Under the pieces are notes generated by a model, which was given only the letters and a program-made list of their open reading frames with translations, was not told the DNA's origin and ran no database searches. The translations under genes and the position numbers were made by a program. 64,000 nucleotides of DNA from Chitinophagales bacterium (lineage in GTDB: Bacteria > Bacteroidota > Bacteroidia > Chitinophagales > LD1), in NCBI GenBank assembly GCA_016787045.1, contig JAEUVA010000008.1, forward strand, positions 113,743 through 177,742, given 5' to 3'. Below are positions 1-9,546 of this stretch, piece after piece (position 1 is the first letter of the stretch; each line of letters starts with the position of its first letter).

Positions 1-5
1 TAAAC

Positions 6-245
6 ATGAAAACTATAACCATAAGATGCTCCAGTGATGAAGATGCTAATTTGTTAAAGCAAATACTGGAGACAACAGATTTTGAAAGTGTGGTTGAGGT
101 AGAAGAGGAAACAGCTGATGAGGTACTCAGCGAAATTGATTTGAGAATGTTAAATGAGCGTGTTGCCGAATATCACAAAAATCCTTCAACAGGTAAAAGT
201 ATAGAGCAGGTTTCTGTTCTATTGAAAAACAAGTATGGCCTCTAA
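6..245 (+). CDS. putative antitoxin (addiction-module-component-like small acidic protein) paired with the downstream RelE/ParE toxin
   Basis: 79-aa ORF with ATG at 6. The C-terminal LSEIDLRMLNERVAEYHKNPSTGKSIEQV resembles the putative addiction module component family. It overlaps the toxin ORF by 11 nt. Confidence 0.55.
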   Translation: MKTITIRCSSDEDANLLKQILETTDFESVVEVEEETADEVLSEIDLRMLNERVAEYHKNPSTGKSIEQVSVLLKNKYGL

Positions 246-531
246 GGTAATTGTATTAGATGCTGCATTAACAGAACTTGAGGAAGTAGCTGATTGGTAT
301 GCTGAAATAAACACCTCTTTAGCAACTGATTTTGTTGAAGAATTTACCAATAATGTAAAGGCCATTCAGAACAAGCCACTTAATTACCCTACCTTAAACG
401 AGGGTTTCAGAAAATGTTCTCTTAAAAGATTTCCTTATAAAATAATCTTCAAAATAGTAGCAAATAACATACTTGTGGTTGCCATAGCGCACCATAAGCG
501 AAAACCAAACTATTGGAAAAACAGAAAATAA
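235..531 (+). CDS. type II toxin-antitoxin system RelE/ParE family toxin
   Basis: 98 aa. Pattern ...FRKCSLKRFPYKIIFKIVANNILVVAIAHHKRKPNYW is typical of the ParE/RelE plasmid-stabilisation fold. Small ORF pair with overlapping stop and start. Confidence 0.8.
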   Translation: MASKVIVLDAALTELEEVADWYAEINTSLATDFVEEFTNNVKAIQNKPLNYPTLNEGFRKCSLKRFPYKIIFKIVANNILVVAIAHHKRKPNYWKNRK

Positions 532-565
532 AAAAGCCGCTACAAAGGGCAGCGGCTTTTGTGTT
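531..565. terminator. bidirectional Rho-independent terminator between the convergent ParE-like and SOD genes
   Basis: Stem gccgct (536-541) pairs with agcggc (551-556), 9-nt loop. A-run upstream and TTTTGTGTTTT downstream. Confidence 0.6.
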
Positions 566-582
566 TTCTGTTATATTATAAA

Positions 583-1203
583 CTACTTGGCTGCAGCAAA
601 TCGCTTGGCCACTTCTTGCCAGTTAATGACATTGAAGAAAGCTGCTAAGTAATCGGGTCTGCGGTTTTGGTAATTGAGGTAGTACGCATGTTCCCACACA
701 TCTACGCCCAAGATAGGTTTACCGGCACAACCTCTTGCGCCTTCTACATCCATCAATGGATTATCTTGGTTGGCGGTAGAACAAACTTCTAAACCCTTTG
801 GAGTTACACACAGCCAAGCCCATCCGGAACCAAAGCGGGTAGCCCCTGCCTTGCTGAAGTCTTCTTTAAACTTATCAAATGAGCCAAAAGTACCGTTAAT
901 AGCATCAGCCAATGCACCAGATGGTGAGCCGGTGCTTTCGCTGTGCGGTGCCATAATTTCCCAAAACATAGAGTGGTTCCAGTGGCCGCCACCATTGTTG
1001 CGCACAGCAGGTGACAGTTTAGATACGTTTGCTAAAATTTCTTCCAATGATTTGTTTTCCCACTCGGTGCCCTGTATAGCGGCATTGAGGTTGTTCACGT
1101 AAGCAGCATGATGCTTGCCATGGTGAATTTCCATGGTACGTGCGTCAATATGCGGTTCCAGAGCGTTAAAGGCATACGGTAATGCCGGTAGTGTAAATGC
1201 CAT
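583..1203 (-). CDS. Fe/Mn-family superoxide dismutase
   Basis: 206 aa. [28 protein letters not shown] and [18 protein letters not shown] signatures. Metal specificity not assignable by eye. Confidence 0.95.
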   Translation of the reverse strand: MAFTLPALPYAFNALEPHIDARTMEIHHGKHHAAYVNNLNAAIQGTEWENKSLEEILANVSKLSPAVRNNGGGHWNHSMFWEIMAPHSESTGSPSGALADAINGTFGSFDKFKEDFSKAGATRFGSGWAWLCVTPKGLEVCSTANQDNPLMDVEGARGCAGKPILGVDVWEHAYYLNYQNRRPDYLAAFFNVINWQEVAKRFAAAK

Positions 1204-1271
1204 AGGATGTGTTTGTTTATGTGATAAAATGTTTTGAAATGCAATAATAACGTTGTTAGGTAAACAGAAGT

Positions 1272-2261
1272 TTACTCCATCATGAACGGATAATCTGATT
1301 GTGCATAAATATCTTCAAACAAAGCCGAATCCTCGGGGTATGGCGACTCTTCGGCAAACTTTACACAATCGTCAATCTCTTTATCAATACGCTCAGTAAT
1401 AGCGTCAATTTCTGCTTGAGTAGCATACTTCTTTTTCAAAATGGTTTCCAGCGTAGTTTCTATCGGGTCCATGCGCTTGTACTCCTCTACTTCCTCTTTG
1501 CTGCGGTATTTTTGCGGGTCGCTCATGCTGTGGCCCTTGTAGCGATAGGTGCGAATTTCCAAGAAGGTAGGCCCCTCTCCTTTTCGGGCGCGGTCAGCAG
1601 CACGCGATACAGCATCGTGCACGGTTTCACATTTCATACCATCTACACTTTCAGAAGGCATTTCGTAGGCCTCGCCCAGTGTAGCGATGCGGGTTACATT
1701 TGAGCTACGTTCTACTGAGGTACCCATAGCATAACCATTGTTTTCGCACACAAAAATTACGGGCAATTTCCACATCATGGCCATGTTGAACGTTTCGTGC
1801 AAAATGCCCTGACGTGCCGCACCATCGCCAAAGTAGCAGATGGTTACATTGTCTTTATTCTGATACCAGTCAGCAAAGGCAATACCGGCACCCAATCCGA
1901 TTTGAGCGCCTACTATACCATGACCGCCAAAAAAACTGTGCTCTTTAGAAAAGAAGTGCATACTGCCACCTTTTCCCTTGGTACAGCCGGTTACTTTGCC
2001 AAATAATTCGGCCATGGCTGCATTACAAGATATGCCTTTGGCAATAGCCAGCCCGTGGTCGCGGTAGGCCGTTATCATGCGGTCATCTGCACGCAGTGCG
2101 CTCATGGTACCGGCAGCAACTGCTTCCTGCCCGATGTAGAGATGGCAGAAGCCACGAATTTTTTGCTGACCGTATAACATTCCCGCACGCTCTTCAAACT
2201 TGCGGAGCCGCACCATCAATTCGTACCAATATAAGTAAGTGTCTTTAGTTACCTTTGCCAT
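1272..2261 (-). CDS. pdhA: pyruvate dehydrogenase (acetyl-transferring) E1 component, alpha subunit
   Basis: 329 aa. TPP-binding GDGAARQG...NN motif and [11 protein letters not shown] phosphorylation-loop-like motif, typical of E1 alpha. Confidence 0.9.
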   Translation of the reverse strand: MAKVTKDTYLYWYELMVRLRKFEERAGMLYGQQKIRGFCHLYIGQEAVAAGTMSALRADDRMITAYRDHGLAIAKGISCNAAMAELFGKVTGCTKGKGGSMHFFSKEHSFFGGHGIVGAQIGLGAGIAFADWYQNKDNVTICYFGDGAARQGILHETFNMAMMWKLPVIFVCENNGYAMGTSVERSSNVTRIATLGEAYEMPSESVDGMKCETVHDAVSRAADRARKGEGPTFLEIRTYRYKGHSMSDPQKYRSKEEVEEYKRMDPIETTLETILKKKYATQAEIDAITERIDKEIDDCVKFAEESPYPEDSALFEDIYAQSDYPFMME

Positions 2262-2288
2262 ACATTTTAAAATCAGGCGGCCAAAATA

Positions 2289-3359
2289 GTGTTTCTGTCA
2301 AAACTCGCTTTGCTTCATTTCAAAAACCATGAACAGCGGACTGTTTCTTTCCACAAAAAGATAAACTGCTTTATTGGTAATAATGGTGCAGGCAAAACCA
2401 ATTTGCTGGATGCGATTTACTATTTGTGCCTTACCAAGAGCTATTTCAGCGCTACCGATGTACAAAACATATTTTTTGGTAAAGATTTTTTTCGGTTAGA
2501 AGGAAACCTCACTACGCCACAAGGCGCTTTTCATGTGGTGTACAAACTATTAGGAGGCAAAAAAAAAGAACTCTTGGTGAATGATGTATCAGTGCCAAAG
2601 CTGAGTGCACACATTGGCCATTTTCCGGCTGTAATGATTGCCCCGGACGATAACCAGTTGGTGCTGGGCAGCAGCGAGGAGCGCAGAAAGTTTATTGACG
2701 CTACTATCTCACAGGTAAATATTCAGTACTTAGAATGGCTGATGGCCTACAACAAATATTTGGCGCAGCGCAATGCGGCTCTAAAAGAGTTTGCAGAGAA
2801 GAAGCGGACGGATAAAGTTTTGCTTGAATCATACAATGCTCAACTAAGTATTCTGGGGTCAAAAATTTATGAAGCGCGCCAAACGGTGATAGAGCAACTA
2901 CAACCAATTTTTAACTACTTCTACTCCGAACTATCATTGGAGCGGGAGAAAGTAAGTTTTGGGTATTTGAGCCAACTCAGCGAAAAGCCGTTGGATATTT
3001 TATTGGAAGAAAACCTGCAAAAGGACTTGATACTACAACGCACGGAATGTGGCATTCACCGCGATGATTTGGATTTTTTTATTGGCACTAATAAACTGAA
3101 ACGTTTTGGCTCTCAGGGGCAGCAAAAGAGTTTTATTATTTCATTGAAACTTGCCCAGCATCAGTTTATCAGTAAAGCCAAGGGCTTTCATCCGCTACTG
3201 CTGATAGATGATATTTTTGATAAGTTAGACAACGACCGAAGCCGGCAGTTGCTCAATATTGTTTGCTCCGAAAACTTTGGGCAGGTGTTTATTACCGATA
3301 CCGATGAGCAGCATATTTTGAGTGAGTTAGGCAATGAGGCGGAGATATTCTCTATGTAG
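2289..3359 (+). CDS. recF: DNA replication/repair protein RecF
   Basis: 356 aa. Walker A GNNGAGKTNLLDAIYYL, signature SQGQQKS and Walker B LLLIDDIFDKLD. GTG start per ORF track. Confidence 0.9.
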   Translation: MFLSKLALLHFKNHEQRTVSFHKKINCFIGNNGAGKTNLLDAIYYLCLTKSYFSATDVQNIFFGKDFFRLEGNLTTPQGAFHVVYKLLGGKKKELLVNDVSVPKLSAHIGHFPAVMIAPDDNQLVLGSSEERRKFIDATISQVNIQYLEWLMAYNKYLAQRNAALKEFAEKKRTDKVLLESYNAQLSILGSKIYEARQTVIEQLQPIFNYFYSELSLEREKVSFGYLSQLSEKPLDILLEENLQKDLILQRTECGIHRDDLDFFIGTNKLKRFGSQGQQKSFIISLKLAQHQFISKAKGFHPLLLIDDIFDKLDNDRSRQLLNIVCSENFGQVFITDTDEQHILSELGNEAEIFSM

Positions 3360-3364
3360 TACAC

Positions 3365-4225
3365 TTAATACGCCTTCAAACTCAAATCAAGCGAACCTGC
3401 ACTGTGAGTGAGGGCACCCACGCTAATGTAGTCAACTCCGGTTTCGGCATAGCTGCGCACGGTGTGTAAGTTTATACCTCCACTGGCTTCGGTTTCAAAA
3501 CTGTAGTTGACTAAAGCAACTGCTTCGCGCATCAAATCTGGCGAGAAGTTATCAAACATAATGCGGGTAACTTTACCCACTTTAAGTACTTGCTCCACCT
3601 CATTCAGGTTGCGGGTTTCTACTTCCACAGGTAACTGCAATCCGGTTTTTTGTTGATAGGCCTCTACAGCCAAAATTGCTTTCTCTATACCACCACAAAA
3701 ATCAATATGATTATCCTTGAGCATAATCATATCATACAACCCTTGGCGGTGATTGTGGCCTCCGCCAATGCGCACCGCCCATTTTTCGAAATAACGGAGC
3801 GTGGGGGTTGTTTTTCGGGTGTCTAATATTTTGGCATTGGTGCCTTCAATGGCCTTAACGTATTGTGAGGTGAGTGTAGCAATACCACTCATGCGCTGCA
3901 TAAAGTTGAGCAGCACCCGCTCTGCCCGCAGCAGTGATTTAGCATCGCCATGGAGTGTAAAGGCCACATCACCAGGTTTTATGCTTACTCCATCATTCAA
4001 CAACTTTTTGAACTCCATTTTGGAGTCCACTCGCTGGCAAATCATTTCTGCCAGCTCCACTCCTGCTATAATACCTTCTGCCTTACAAAGCAAACGGGCA
4101 TTTACAGCACTATCAGCCGAAATACAAGCCAGTGCGCTATGGTCACCGGTGGGTATTTTGCCGTGGTAATCAACTATATCTTCATTAAGCGCTGCATCAA
4201 TCACTGCATTTATATCAAAAGCCAT
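3365..4225 (-). CDS. nadC: nicotinate-nucleotide diphosphorylase (carboxylating)
   Basis: QPRTase-like sequence (LDTRKTTPTLR, MLKDNH, GGI). I prefer the internal ATG at 4225 (MAFDINAVIDAALNEDI) to the ORF-track start at 4285. Confidence 0.9.
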   Translation of the reverse strand: MAFDINAVIDAALNEDIVDYHGKIPTGDHSALACISADSAVNARLLCKAEGIIAGVELAEMICQRVDSKMEFKKLLNDGVSIKPGDVAFTLHGDAKSLLRAERVLLNFMQRMSGIATLTSQYVKAIEGTNAKILDTRKTTPTLRYFEKWAVRIGGGHNHRQGLYDMIMLKDNHIDFCGGIEKAILAVEAYQQKTGLQLPVEVETRNLNEVEQVLKVGKVTRIMFDNFSPDLMREAVALVNYSFETEASGGINLHTVRSYAETGVDYISVGALTHSAGSLDLSLKAY

Positions 4226-4300
4226 TTTTTTTGAATTTGGTGCAAAATAAAAAAGGCGAAACATTGCTGCTTCGCCTTTTATCAATTAGCTATCAAAACC

Positions 4301-4696
4301 TCATTGTGCTTCAATCCTGATTTCTTGTATAGAGAAAGCACCAGACACGCTTTTGGCATACACATACACTCTGTAATTTCCACCCGAAGTACTCAAATTA
4401 CCGATAAAGTATTTTGAACCCTCTGGCGATGTACCTTCGTGTGCAATGGTAAATGTGCGGGGCTGGTTACTGGTGAAAAAGTTTTTGAGCACCATTTCGG
4501 CCTGCGACTTGCTGTAAGAGTTAGAAGCATCTTTAATGGTGATTTCTACATTACTCTGAAAGTTGGCCGCTAATGCTGAAGCGTTGCCCTGCTTAATGGC
4601 ATTGCTAATTGCAGCAAAACTTTGTGCCTGAGTCCAGTGCACGGCCAAAGCCAAAACAATTGTGGCAAAGAGGGGTTTAAAAATGCTCGTTTTCAT
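4301..4696 (-). CDS. secreted DUF4783-like protein
   Basis: 131 aa with signal peptide (…AVHWTQAQ). Sequence and position next to nadC match the DUF4783 family common in Bacteroidota, recalled from memory and not searched. Confidence 0.6.
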   Translation of the reverse strand: MKTSIFKPLFATIVLALAVHWTQAQSFAAISNAIKQGNASALAANFQSNVEITIKDASNSYSKSQAEMVLKNFFTSNQPRTFTIAHEGTSPEGSKYFIGNLSTSGGNYRVYVYAKSVSGAFSIQEIRIEAQ

Positions 4697-4781
4697 TTAG
4701 CGGTTTTATTGGGGTTATTTGCTAATAGCGTGCCAAGTAATTGGAAAAACTGTTAGCTACAGCTATTATACGCAAGAGAAT

Positions 4782-4789
4782 TATTTTTG
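4782..4789 (+). promoter_or_regulatory. candidate Bacteroidota -7 promoter box (TAttTTTG) for gpmI
   Basis: Exact TAnnTTTG match 58 nt upstream of ATG 4847. No clean -33 TTG found. Also argues against the ORF-track TTG start at 4787. Confidence 0.3.
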
Positions 4790-4846
4790 ACCACTAATAT
4801 TATCACCAATATTGTGGAAGGAATAATAAAACTACCAATCAACCAA

Positions 4847-6367
4847 ATGAGCAGCACCAAAAAAGTAATGTTGATAATTTTAGATGGCTGGGGGCATGGA
4901 CCTATACCTGAGCGAAGTGCTATTGCGCAGGCCCGAACCCCGTTTATCAACTCTTTGTATAAAGATTATACGCATACCGAGCTTACCACACATAGTGAGC
5001 AAGTTGGCTTGCCCGAAGGCCAAATGGGCAATAGCGAAGTAGGCCACCTGAACATAGGTGCAGGGCGAATTGTGTACCAGGAACTGATGCGCGTTAATGT
5101 GGCCATCCGCAATGGCGAACTGGCAAAAAATGCTGCATTGCTACGCGCTTTTGAGTATTGCAAAACACAAAATAAAAACCTGCACCTAATGGGTTTGGTG
5201 AGCGATGGAGGGGTACACTCACACCTCAATCACCTCAAAGCATTGTGCGACCTGGCAAAGGACAACCAACTTAAAACCAGCCAAGTATATATACATGCCT
5301 TTACCGATGGTAGAGATTGTGACCCTAAGAGTGGAAAAGGATTTATAGCTGATTTAGAAAACCATTTGCCACATTCTTGCGGGCGTTTGGCAAGCGTGTG
5401 CGGGCGCTACTACGCCATGGATAGAGACAGCCGCTGGGAGCGCATTAAACTAGCTTATGACCTTTTGACAAAGGGTGCTGGGGAAGCATCGGAAAACCTG
5501 GTAAATGCCGTACAACAAAGCTATGATGCCGGAGTTACTGACGAGTTCATAAAGCCCATTGTTAAAGCATCTGCTTTTCAACCGATAACTGATGGGGATG
5601 CTGTTATCTGTTTTAATTTTCGGACAGACCGATGCCGCGAGATTACCAAAGCATTGACGCAACAAGAGTTTCCGGAGTTTGGAATGAAACCTCTCCAGTT
5701 ACATTACACTACCATGACGGTGTATGACCATTCGTATAAAAACGTGTACAACATTTTTGATAACGCAGACCTTAAAATGACTTTAGGCGAGGTGTTAGAA
5801 AGTAACCACAAGACTCAGGTACGCGCTGCCGAAACCGAAAAGTATCCGCACGTTACCTTCTTTTTTTCGGGCGGTAGAGAAAAGGAATTTGAGGGCGAAA
5901 AACGGCTAATGGCACCTTCGCCTAAAGTAGCCACTTATGACCTGCAACCCGAAATGAGTGCCATCCCTTTAACCGAAATGGTGCTAAATGAGTTAGCGAA
6001 TGGGCAACAAGATTTCTACTGCATCAACTTTGCCAATACCGATATGGTAGGCCATACCGGTGTGTTTAGTGCAGCGGTAAAAGCCGCTGAAACGGTAGAT
6101 GCTTGCGCAAAAAGAATTGTTGATTTGGCTTTAGAATACGGCTATGCCGTTTTGATAACTGCAGACCACGGCAATGCCGATTACATGATTAATGATGATG
6201 GCACACCCCATACCGCACATACCTTGAACCCGGTGCCCTTCTTTTTGGTAGATAAACAACTTCGCCCAACCTTACGCAGCGGTAAGTTGGGCGATATTGC
6301 TCCCACCGTTTTGAAACTGATGGGTATTCCACAACCGGACGAAATGACCGGCAGCAGTTTGTTTTAG
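4847..6367 (+). CDS. gpmI: 2,3-bisphosphoglycerate-independent phosphoglycerate mutase
   Basis: LIILDGWGHG, SDGGVHSH and ITADHGNA motifs. Start moved to ATG 4847 (MSSTKKVMLIILDGWG). Confidence 0.93.
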   Translation: MSSTKKVMLIILDGWGHGPIPERSAIAQARTPFINSLYKDYTHTELTTHSEQVGLPEGQMGNSEVGHLNIGAGRIVYQELMRVNVAIRNGELAKNAALLRAFEYCKTQNKNLHLMGLVSDGGVHSHLNHLKALCDLAKDNQLKTSQVYIHAFTDGRDCDPKSGKGFIADLENHLPHSCGRLASVCGRYYAMDRDSRWERIKLAYDLLTKGAGEASENLVNAVQQSYDAGVTDEFIKPIVKASAFQPITDGDAVICFNFRTDRCREITKALTQQEFPEFGMKPLQLHYTTMTVYDHSYKNVYNIFDNADLKMTLGEVLESNHKTQVRAAETEKYPHVTFFFSGGREKEFEGEKRLMAPSPKVATYDLQPEMSAIPLTEMVLNELANGQQDFYCINFANTDMVGHTGVFSAAVKAAETVDACAKRIVDLALEYGYAVLITADHGNADYMINDDGTPHTAHTLNPVPFFLVDKQLRPTLRSGKLGDIAPTVLKLMGIPQPDEMTGSSLF

Positions 6368-7002
6368 AGTTGTACTTTGAGCTTTTGACCTATCTTAATA
6401 TCTGTGCTTTGCAGGTTGTTGATGCGCAAGAGGTCATCAATAGTAAGGTTGTAGATTTTGGCAATGTGAAAAGCCGTTTGTTGTTTTTCAACCAAATGCA
6501 ATCCATTTTTTGAGATGTGGTAAACCACTCCGTTTGACCCAACGCTTATGTCGGGGTCAATGGCCACCGGTTGTTCTACTTTTTGCACGGGTGCTTTTAC
6601 CGGTTCCGGCTTGGGTTCGGGTTGCATTTGTGCTACTGCGGGTACCACATCTTCTACCTTCATTTTTGTATCCATCATTATTTGCTCGCGGTTAGAGGCC
6701 ACCGGAGCCGGTTTAGCCGGTTCTACTTTTACCGTTTCTATTTTTTGCTCTTGCCGCTTTTTGGCAAACTGCTCTTCGGGGGTCAGCTCGCGTACTTTAA
6801 CCACCATGCCGGGCTTTATTTCCACATCGTGGCTAAAGCCGTTTACGGCCAAAAACTCTTTGGTGGTCATGTTGTAATGTACAGGTATAGAATAGATAGT
6901 TTCGCTCCATTCTACGGTGTGTTCTAAATACTGTTGGGCATATGTACGGCCCCAGCTTAACACCATGAGCAATACCAAATAGGGTAATGAATTCAACTTC
7001 AT
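6364..7002 (-). CDS. LysM peptidoglycan-binding domain protein (two LysM domains, P/E/K-rich linker)
   Basis: Signal peptide MKLNSLPYLVLLMVLSWGRTYAQ. LysM-like segments YLEHTVEWSETIYSI...VKV and HLVEKQQTAFHIAKIYNLTIDDLLRINNL...KLKV. Stop overlaps the gpmI stop by 4 nt (convergent). Confidence 0.8.
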   Translation of the reverse strand: MKLNSLPYLVLLMVLSWGRTYAQQYLEHTVEWSETIYSIPVHYNMTTKEFLAVNGFSHDVEIKPGMVVKVRELTPEEQFAKKRQEQKIETVKVEPAKPAPVASNREQIMMDTKMKVEDVVPAVAQMQPEPKPEPVKAPVQKVEQPVAIDPDISVGSNGVVYHISKNGLHLVEKQQTAFHIAKIYNLTIDDLLRINNLQSTDIKIGQKLKVQL

Positions 7003-7118
7003 GATACTCGGTTTTACTGAATAATAAATACACTGCGGGTTCCGCTCGCAGTTACATGCCTTAAACGGCAAGGCCCTAAAAAGGTTACAAAAGGGAACTT
7101 TGCAAGAGCAATAGCAAG

Positions 7119-8054
7119 CTATTTGACAAAGTCAATCATCATTAAAAGCCCGTCTATGCGGTTAAAAATCCAAACCAACAGGGCTACAAATGGAATGGCG
7201 AAGAAGTAAGCATCAAAGCGGTCTAAAAAGCCACCATGGCCGGGCATAATGCTGCCGCTGTCTTTAATAGCTAAGCTGCGCTTGAGTAAGGATTCTACCA
7301 AATCGCCAAAGGTGGCGGCTATACAAATTACAAAAGCAAGTACCATCCACTGAAACTGACCTAAAGAATGCGCCACACCTAAGCTGGTGTATATGGTATT
7401 GATAAAATAAGAGGCGCCCACCGTAAAAATTAAGCCCCCCAAAAGCCCTTCTATTGTTTTTTTGGGTGAAATACGCTCAAACAGTTTGTGTTTGCCCAAT
7501 ACGCTGCCAAAGGCGTAGCAGGCAGAGTCGTGCAGCCATATTAAACCGAGTATGGTTACCAAAAAAACGGGGCCTTTTTGCCGGTCAAAGTAAAGTTGGT
7601 TAGTGAGCATAAGCGGTACCAGCACCCACATGAGCACCAGTACGCTCCACCCTAAATTGCCAAATGGGTTGGTGGCTTTGGTAAACAGTTCGCGGGCAAA
7701 AAGCAAGAAAACCACACCGGGCAAAAGCACGGTAAATGCCAATGTGCCATCGCGCTGCATCAGTAGTACATCCAGCAATGCGGAAAAGGGTTTGGATGGA
7801 TCAGGCAATCCGGCAGCGGGTGGGCGGCTGAGTTGAAAAGACAACAGAAACGTAATATGGGCTAACAAAACGGTGAGGGTTGCCCTGTGCTCTCCTCCCC
7901 TTTTTTGTGTGGTAATTCTAAAAAACTCTACCAGCGAGCCGGTGAGGATAATGCTCATGAGCATACCATACGAAAACGGATGATACAGGATGCTGCCAAT
8001 CATGACCACAGCAAATACTAAACCGGAAGCAGAGCGCACGAAAAGGGTTTTCAT
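7119..8054 (-). CDS. cdsA: phosphatidate cytidylyltransferase
   Basis: 311-aa polytopic membrane protein with the C-terminal CdsA signature SLLKRSLAIKDSGSIMPGHGGFLDRFD. Confidence 0.85.
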   Translation of the reverse strand: MKTLFVRSASGLVFAVVMIGSILYHPFSYGMLMSIILTGSLVEFFRITTQKRGGEHRATLTVLLAHITFLLSFQLSRPPAAGLPDPSKPFSALLDVLLMQRDGTLAFTVLLPGVVFLLFARELFTKATNPFGNLGWSVLVLMWVLVPLMLTNQLYFDRQKGPVFLVTILGLIWLHDSACYAFGSVLGKHKLFERISPKKTIEGLLGGLIFTVGASYFINTIYTSLGVAHSLGQFQWMVLAFVICIAATFGDLVESLLKRSLAIKDSGSIMPGHGGFLDRFDAYFFAIPFVALLVWIFNRIDGLLMMIDFVK

Positions 8055-8066
8055 AACAAGTAGGGG

Positions 8067-9008
8067 TTATTGTTCTTCAAAAATGGGTTCGTCTTCGTCA
8101 AAAACAGGATAACGGAAACTGATATTCGCTTTGTTATTATGCAACAAACGCAGTATTGCAGCAAACAGCACTACACTTATCGCCACACTCCATAAAGGTA
8201 CCGAATCATTGGCTATATCGCTGCTTAAAACTCCTATAGCAAACAAATACTTTAGTATAACAGCCAGCGCATTGTTTACAAAATGAGCCGCTATGGGTAC
8301 CCATAAACTGCCGCTTACATAAAACAAATAGCCCAAATAAGCGCCCATTAGCCAAATGGCTACAAAATTGGTAAACTGCAAGTGCCCGAGGGCAAAAATA
8401 AACCCCGATATGGCCAATGTTGCGGGCAACGAAACCCTGCTTCGCAGCAAGTTACCGGCAATGGCTCCTCTAAAAAACATTTCTTCGCCAAGTGCCGGTA
8501 TTACCGCCATTACCACTATCATAAGCAGCAAGCGTGGTATGGAGGTAAAATCCATCAACTTTTTCATGATGGCTTCTTCGGTTTGCTGCACGCTTTTGAG
8601 CGATTGTAAACTTTCGGGCAGGGGTATTTTATCGCAAACTTCTACTAAAAAAGAGATGATAGGTTGAGCCACTATAATACCCGCTACACCTAAGAGTAAG
8701 AGTTGGATGGCGGGTTTTTGGTCCAGGTGTAAATGCTCGGCTGCATTGCCGGCTTCTAATTGGCTAAAGGCCATAGCGGTAACCGCAAAAGCCCCCAGTG
8801 AACCCACCGCCTGCAATACAATAAAGGCATTTACCTCGGTGGGTGTTTCTATCACTCCTTTCAACACGTTTTCGGTGGCTTCTGCAAAACCCAGTGTGTT
8901 GAGCACCATGATGACCATTATGGGAAACATGGAGTAGGCCGTGATAAACAAGAGCAGCAGCAGGGTGATGCGTAGCGAAAGCGGGTAATTTCTAAACGGT
9001 GGGCGCAT
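8067..9008 (-). CDS. CPBP family intramembrane glutamic endopeptidase (CAAX protease-like)
   Basis: Polytopic. EEMFFRG motif plus FALGH and HFVNN motifs. Start chosen at ATG 9008 (MRPPFRNY). Confidence 0.8.
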   Translation of the reverse strand: MRPPFRNYPLSLRITLLLLLFITAYSMFPIMVIMVLNTLGFAEATENVLKGVIETPTEVNAFIVLQAVGSLGAFAVTAMAFSQLEAGNAAEHLHLDQKPAIQLLLLGVAGIIVAQPIISFLVEVCDKIPLPESLQSLKSVQQTEEAIMKKLMDFTSIPRLLLMIVVMAVIPALGEEMFFRGAIAGNLLRSRVSLPATLAISGFIFALGHLQFTNFVAIWLMGAYLGYLFYVSGSLWVPIAAHFVNNALAVILKYLFAIGVLSSDIANDSVPLWSVAISVVLFAAILRLLHNNKANISFRYPVFDEDEPIFEEQ

Positions 9009-9138
9009 GAGTTTCAAACGTGCACGAAAAATATGACATGCACAAACGCTGTTCAAACAAAGTTATACAGCCGGCTTTCTTTTAGGGTGAAGTGTAGCGT
9101 TACTGCCTGTACTGCTACTTTTTGGCTGCTCTATAACA

Positions 9139-9458
9139 GGGTGAGGCAACCCCTACTTACAGGCAAAAAATCTACACCTCGGTACGGCACCCCAAGTTTT
9201 CGGGTACCACTTACAGAACTCTGCGAGCGCAACCCAAGTTTTTGGGTACCGCTTCCACAACTCTGCGAGCGCAACCCAAGTTTTTGGGTACCGCTTCCAC
9301 AACTCTGCGAGCGCAACCCATGTTTTTGGGTACCGTTTACTATGCTTAGGGAGCGCAACCCATGTTTTTAGCGGTCGCCCAACCGCGTTACACGACCTAT
9401 TTATGCTCCGCAAACGGGGTCAGGCGACCCCTGCTTACAGGCAAAAAATCTACCCCTC
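9139..9458. repeat. 42-bp-period intergenic minisatellite (about 7 units, homogenised in the centre, decayed at the edges)
   Basis: 9233-9274 and 9275-9316 are identical (cccaagtttttgggtaccgcttccacaactctgcgagcgcaa). 9191-9232 has 4 mismatches and 9317-9358 about 11. The outer 42-mers 9139-9180 and 9417-9458 match each other 38/42. Confidence 0.85.
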
Positions 9459-9546
9459 ATCATCCTGCGCAGCAGAAAAGACATTCCTTCTACTTAGGAT
9501 TTTGGGGTAACTTATTGATAACAGAATTTAGATAAACCGCGTGCGC

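Noticed and set aside
4787-4846. N-terminal extensions suggested by the ORF track: gpmI 4787, nadC 4285, LysM 7071, CPBP 9056, adhesin 17525, thioesterase 32962, DUF3822 32853, asnB 54904, der 40632, guaB 49193, sigma 57807
   Set aside because: In each case an internal ATG gives the canonical family N-terminus or a proper signal peptide (for example MCGIAGF for AsnB and MKHLF...SAQ for the adhesin). The extension has no homology-like features or overlaps a neighbouring gene.
6361-6367. Convergent genes with overlapping or abutting stops and no terminator (gpmI/LysM 4-nt overlap, recF/nadC 5-nt gap, rsmD/T9SS protein 3-nt gap)
   Set aside because: This is ordinary genome compaction in Bacteroidota and not evidence of a special regulatory arrangement.
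9033-9413. Three ORF-track ORFs (9033-9371 +, 9131-9358 -, 9153-9413 -) with repetitive peptide sequences
   Set aside because: They are the 42-bp minisatellite (42 = 14 codons) read in different frames on both strands. They have no signal sequence or family resemblance and mutually overlap, so they are treated as non-coding repeat.
9139-9458. Possible CRISPR array
   Set aside because: The units are directly abutting tandem copies with no unique spacers, and there are no cas genes in the window.
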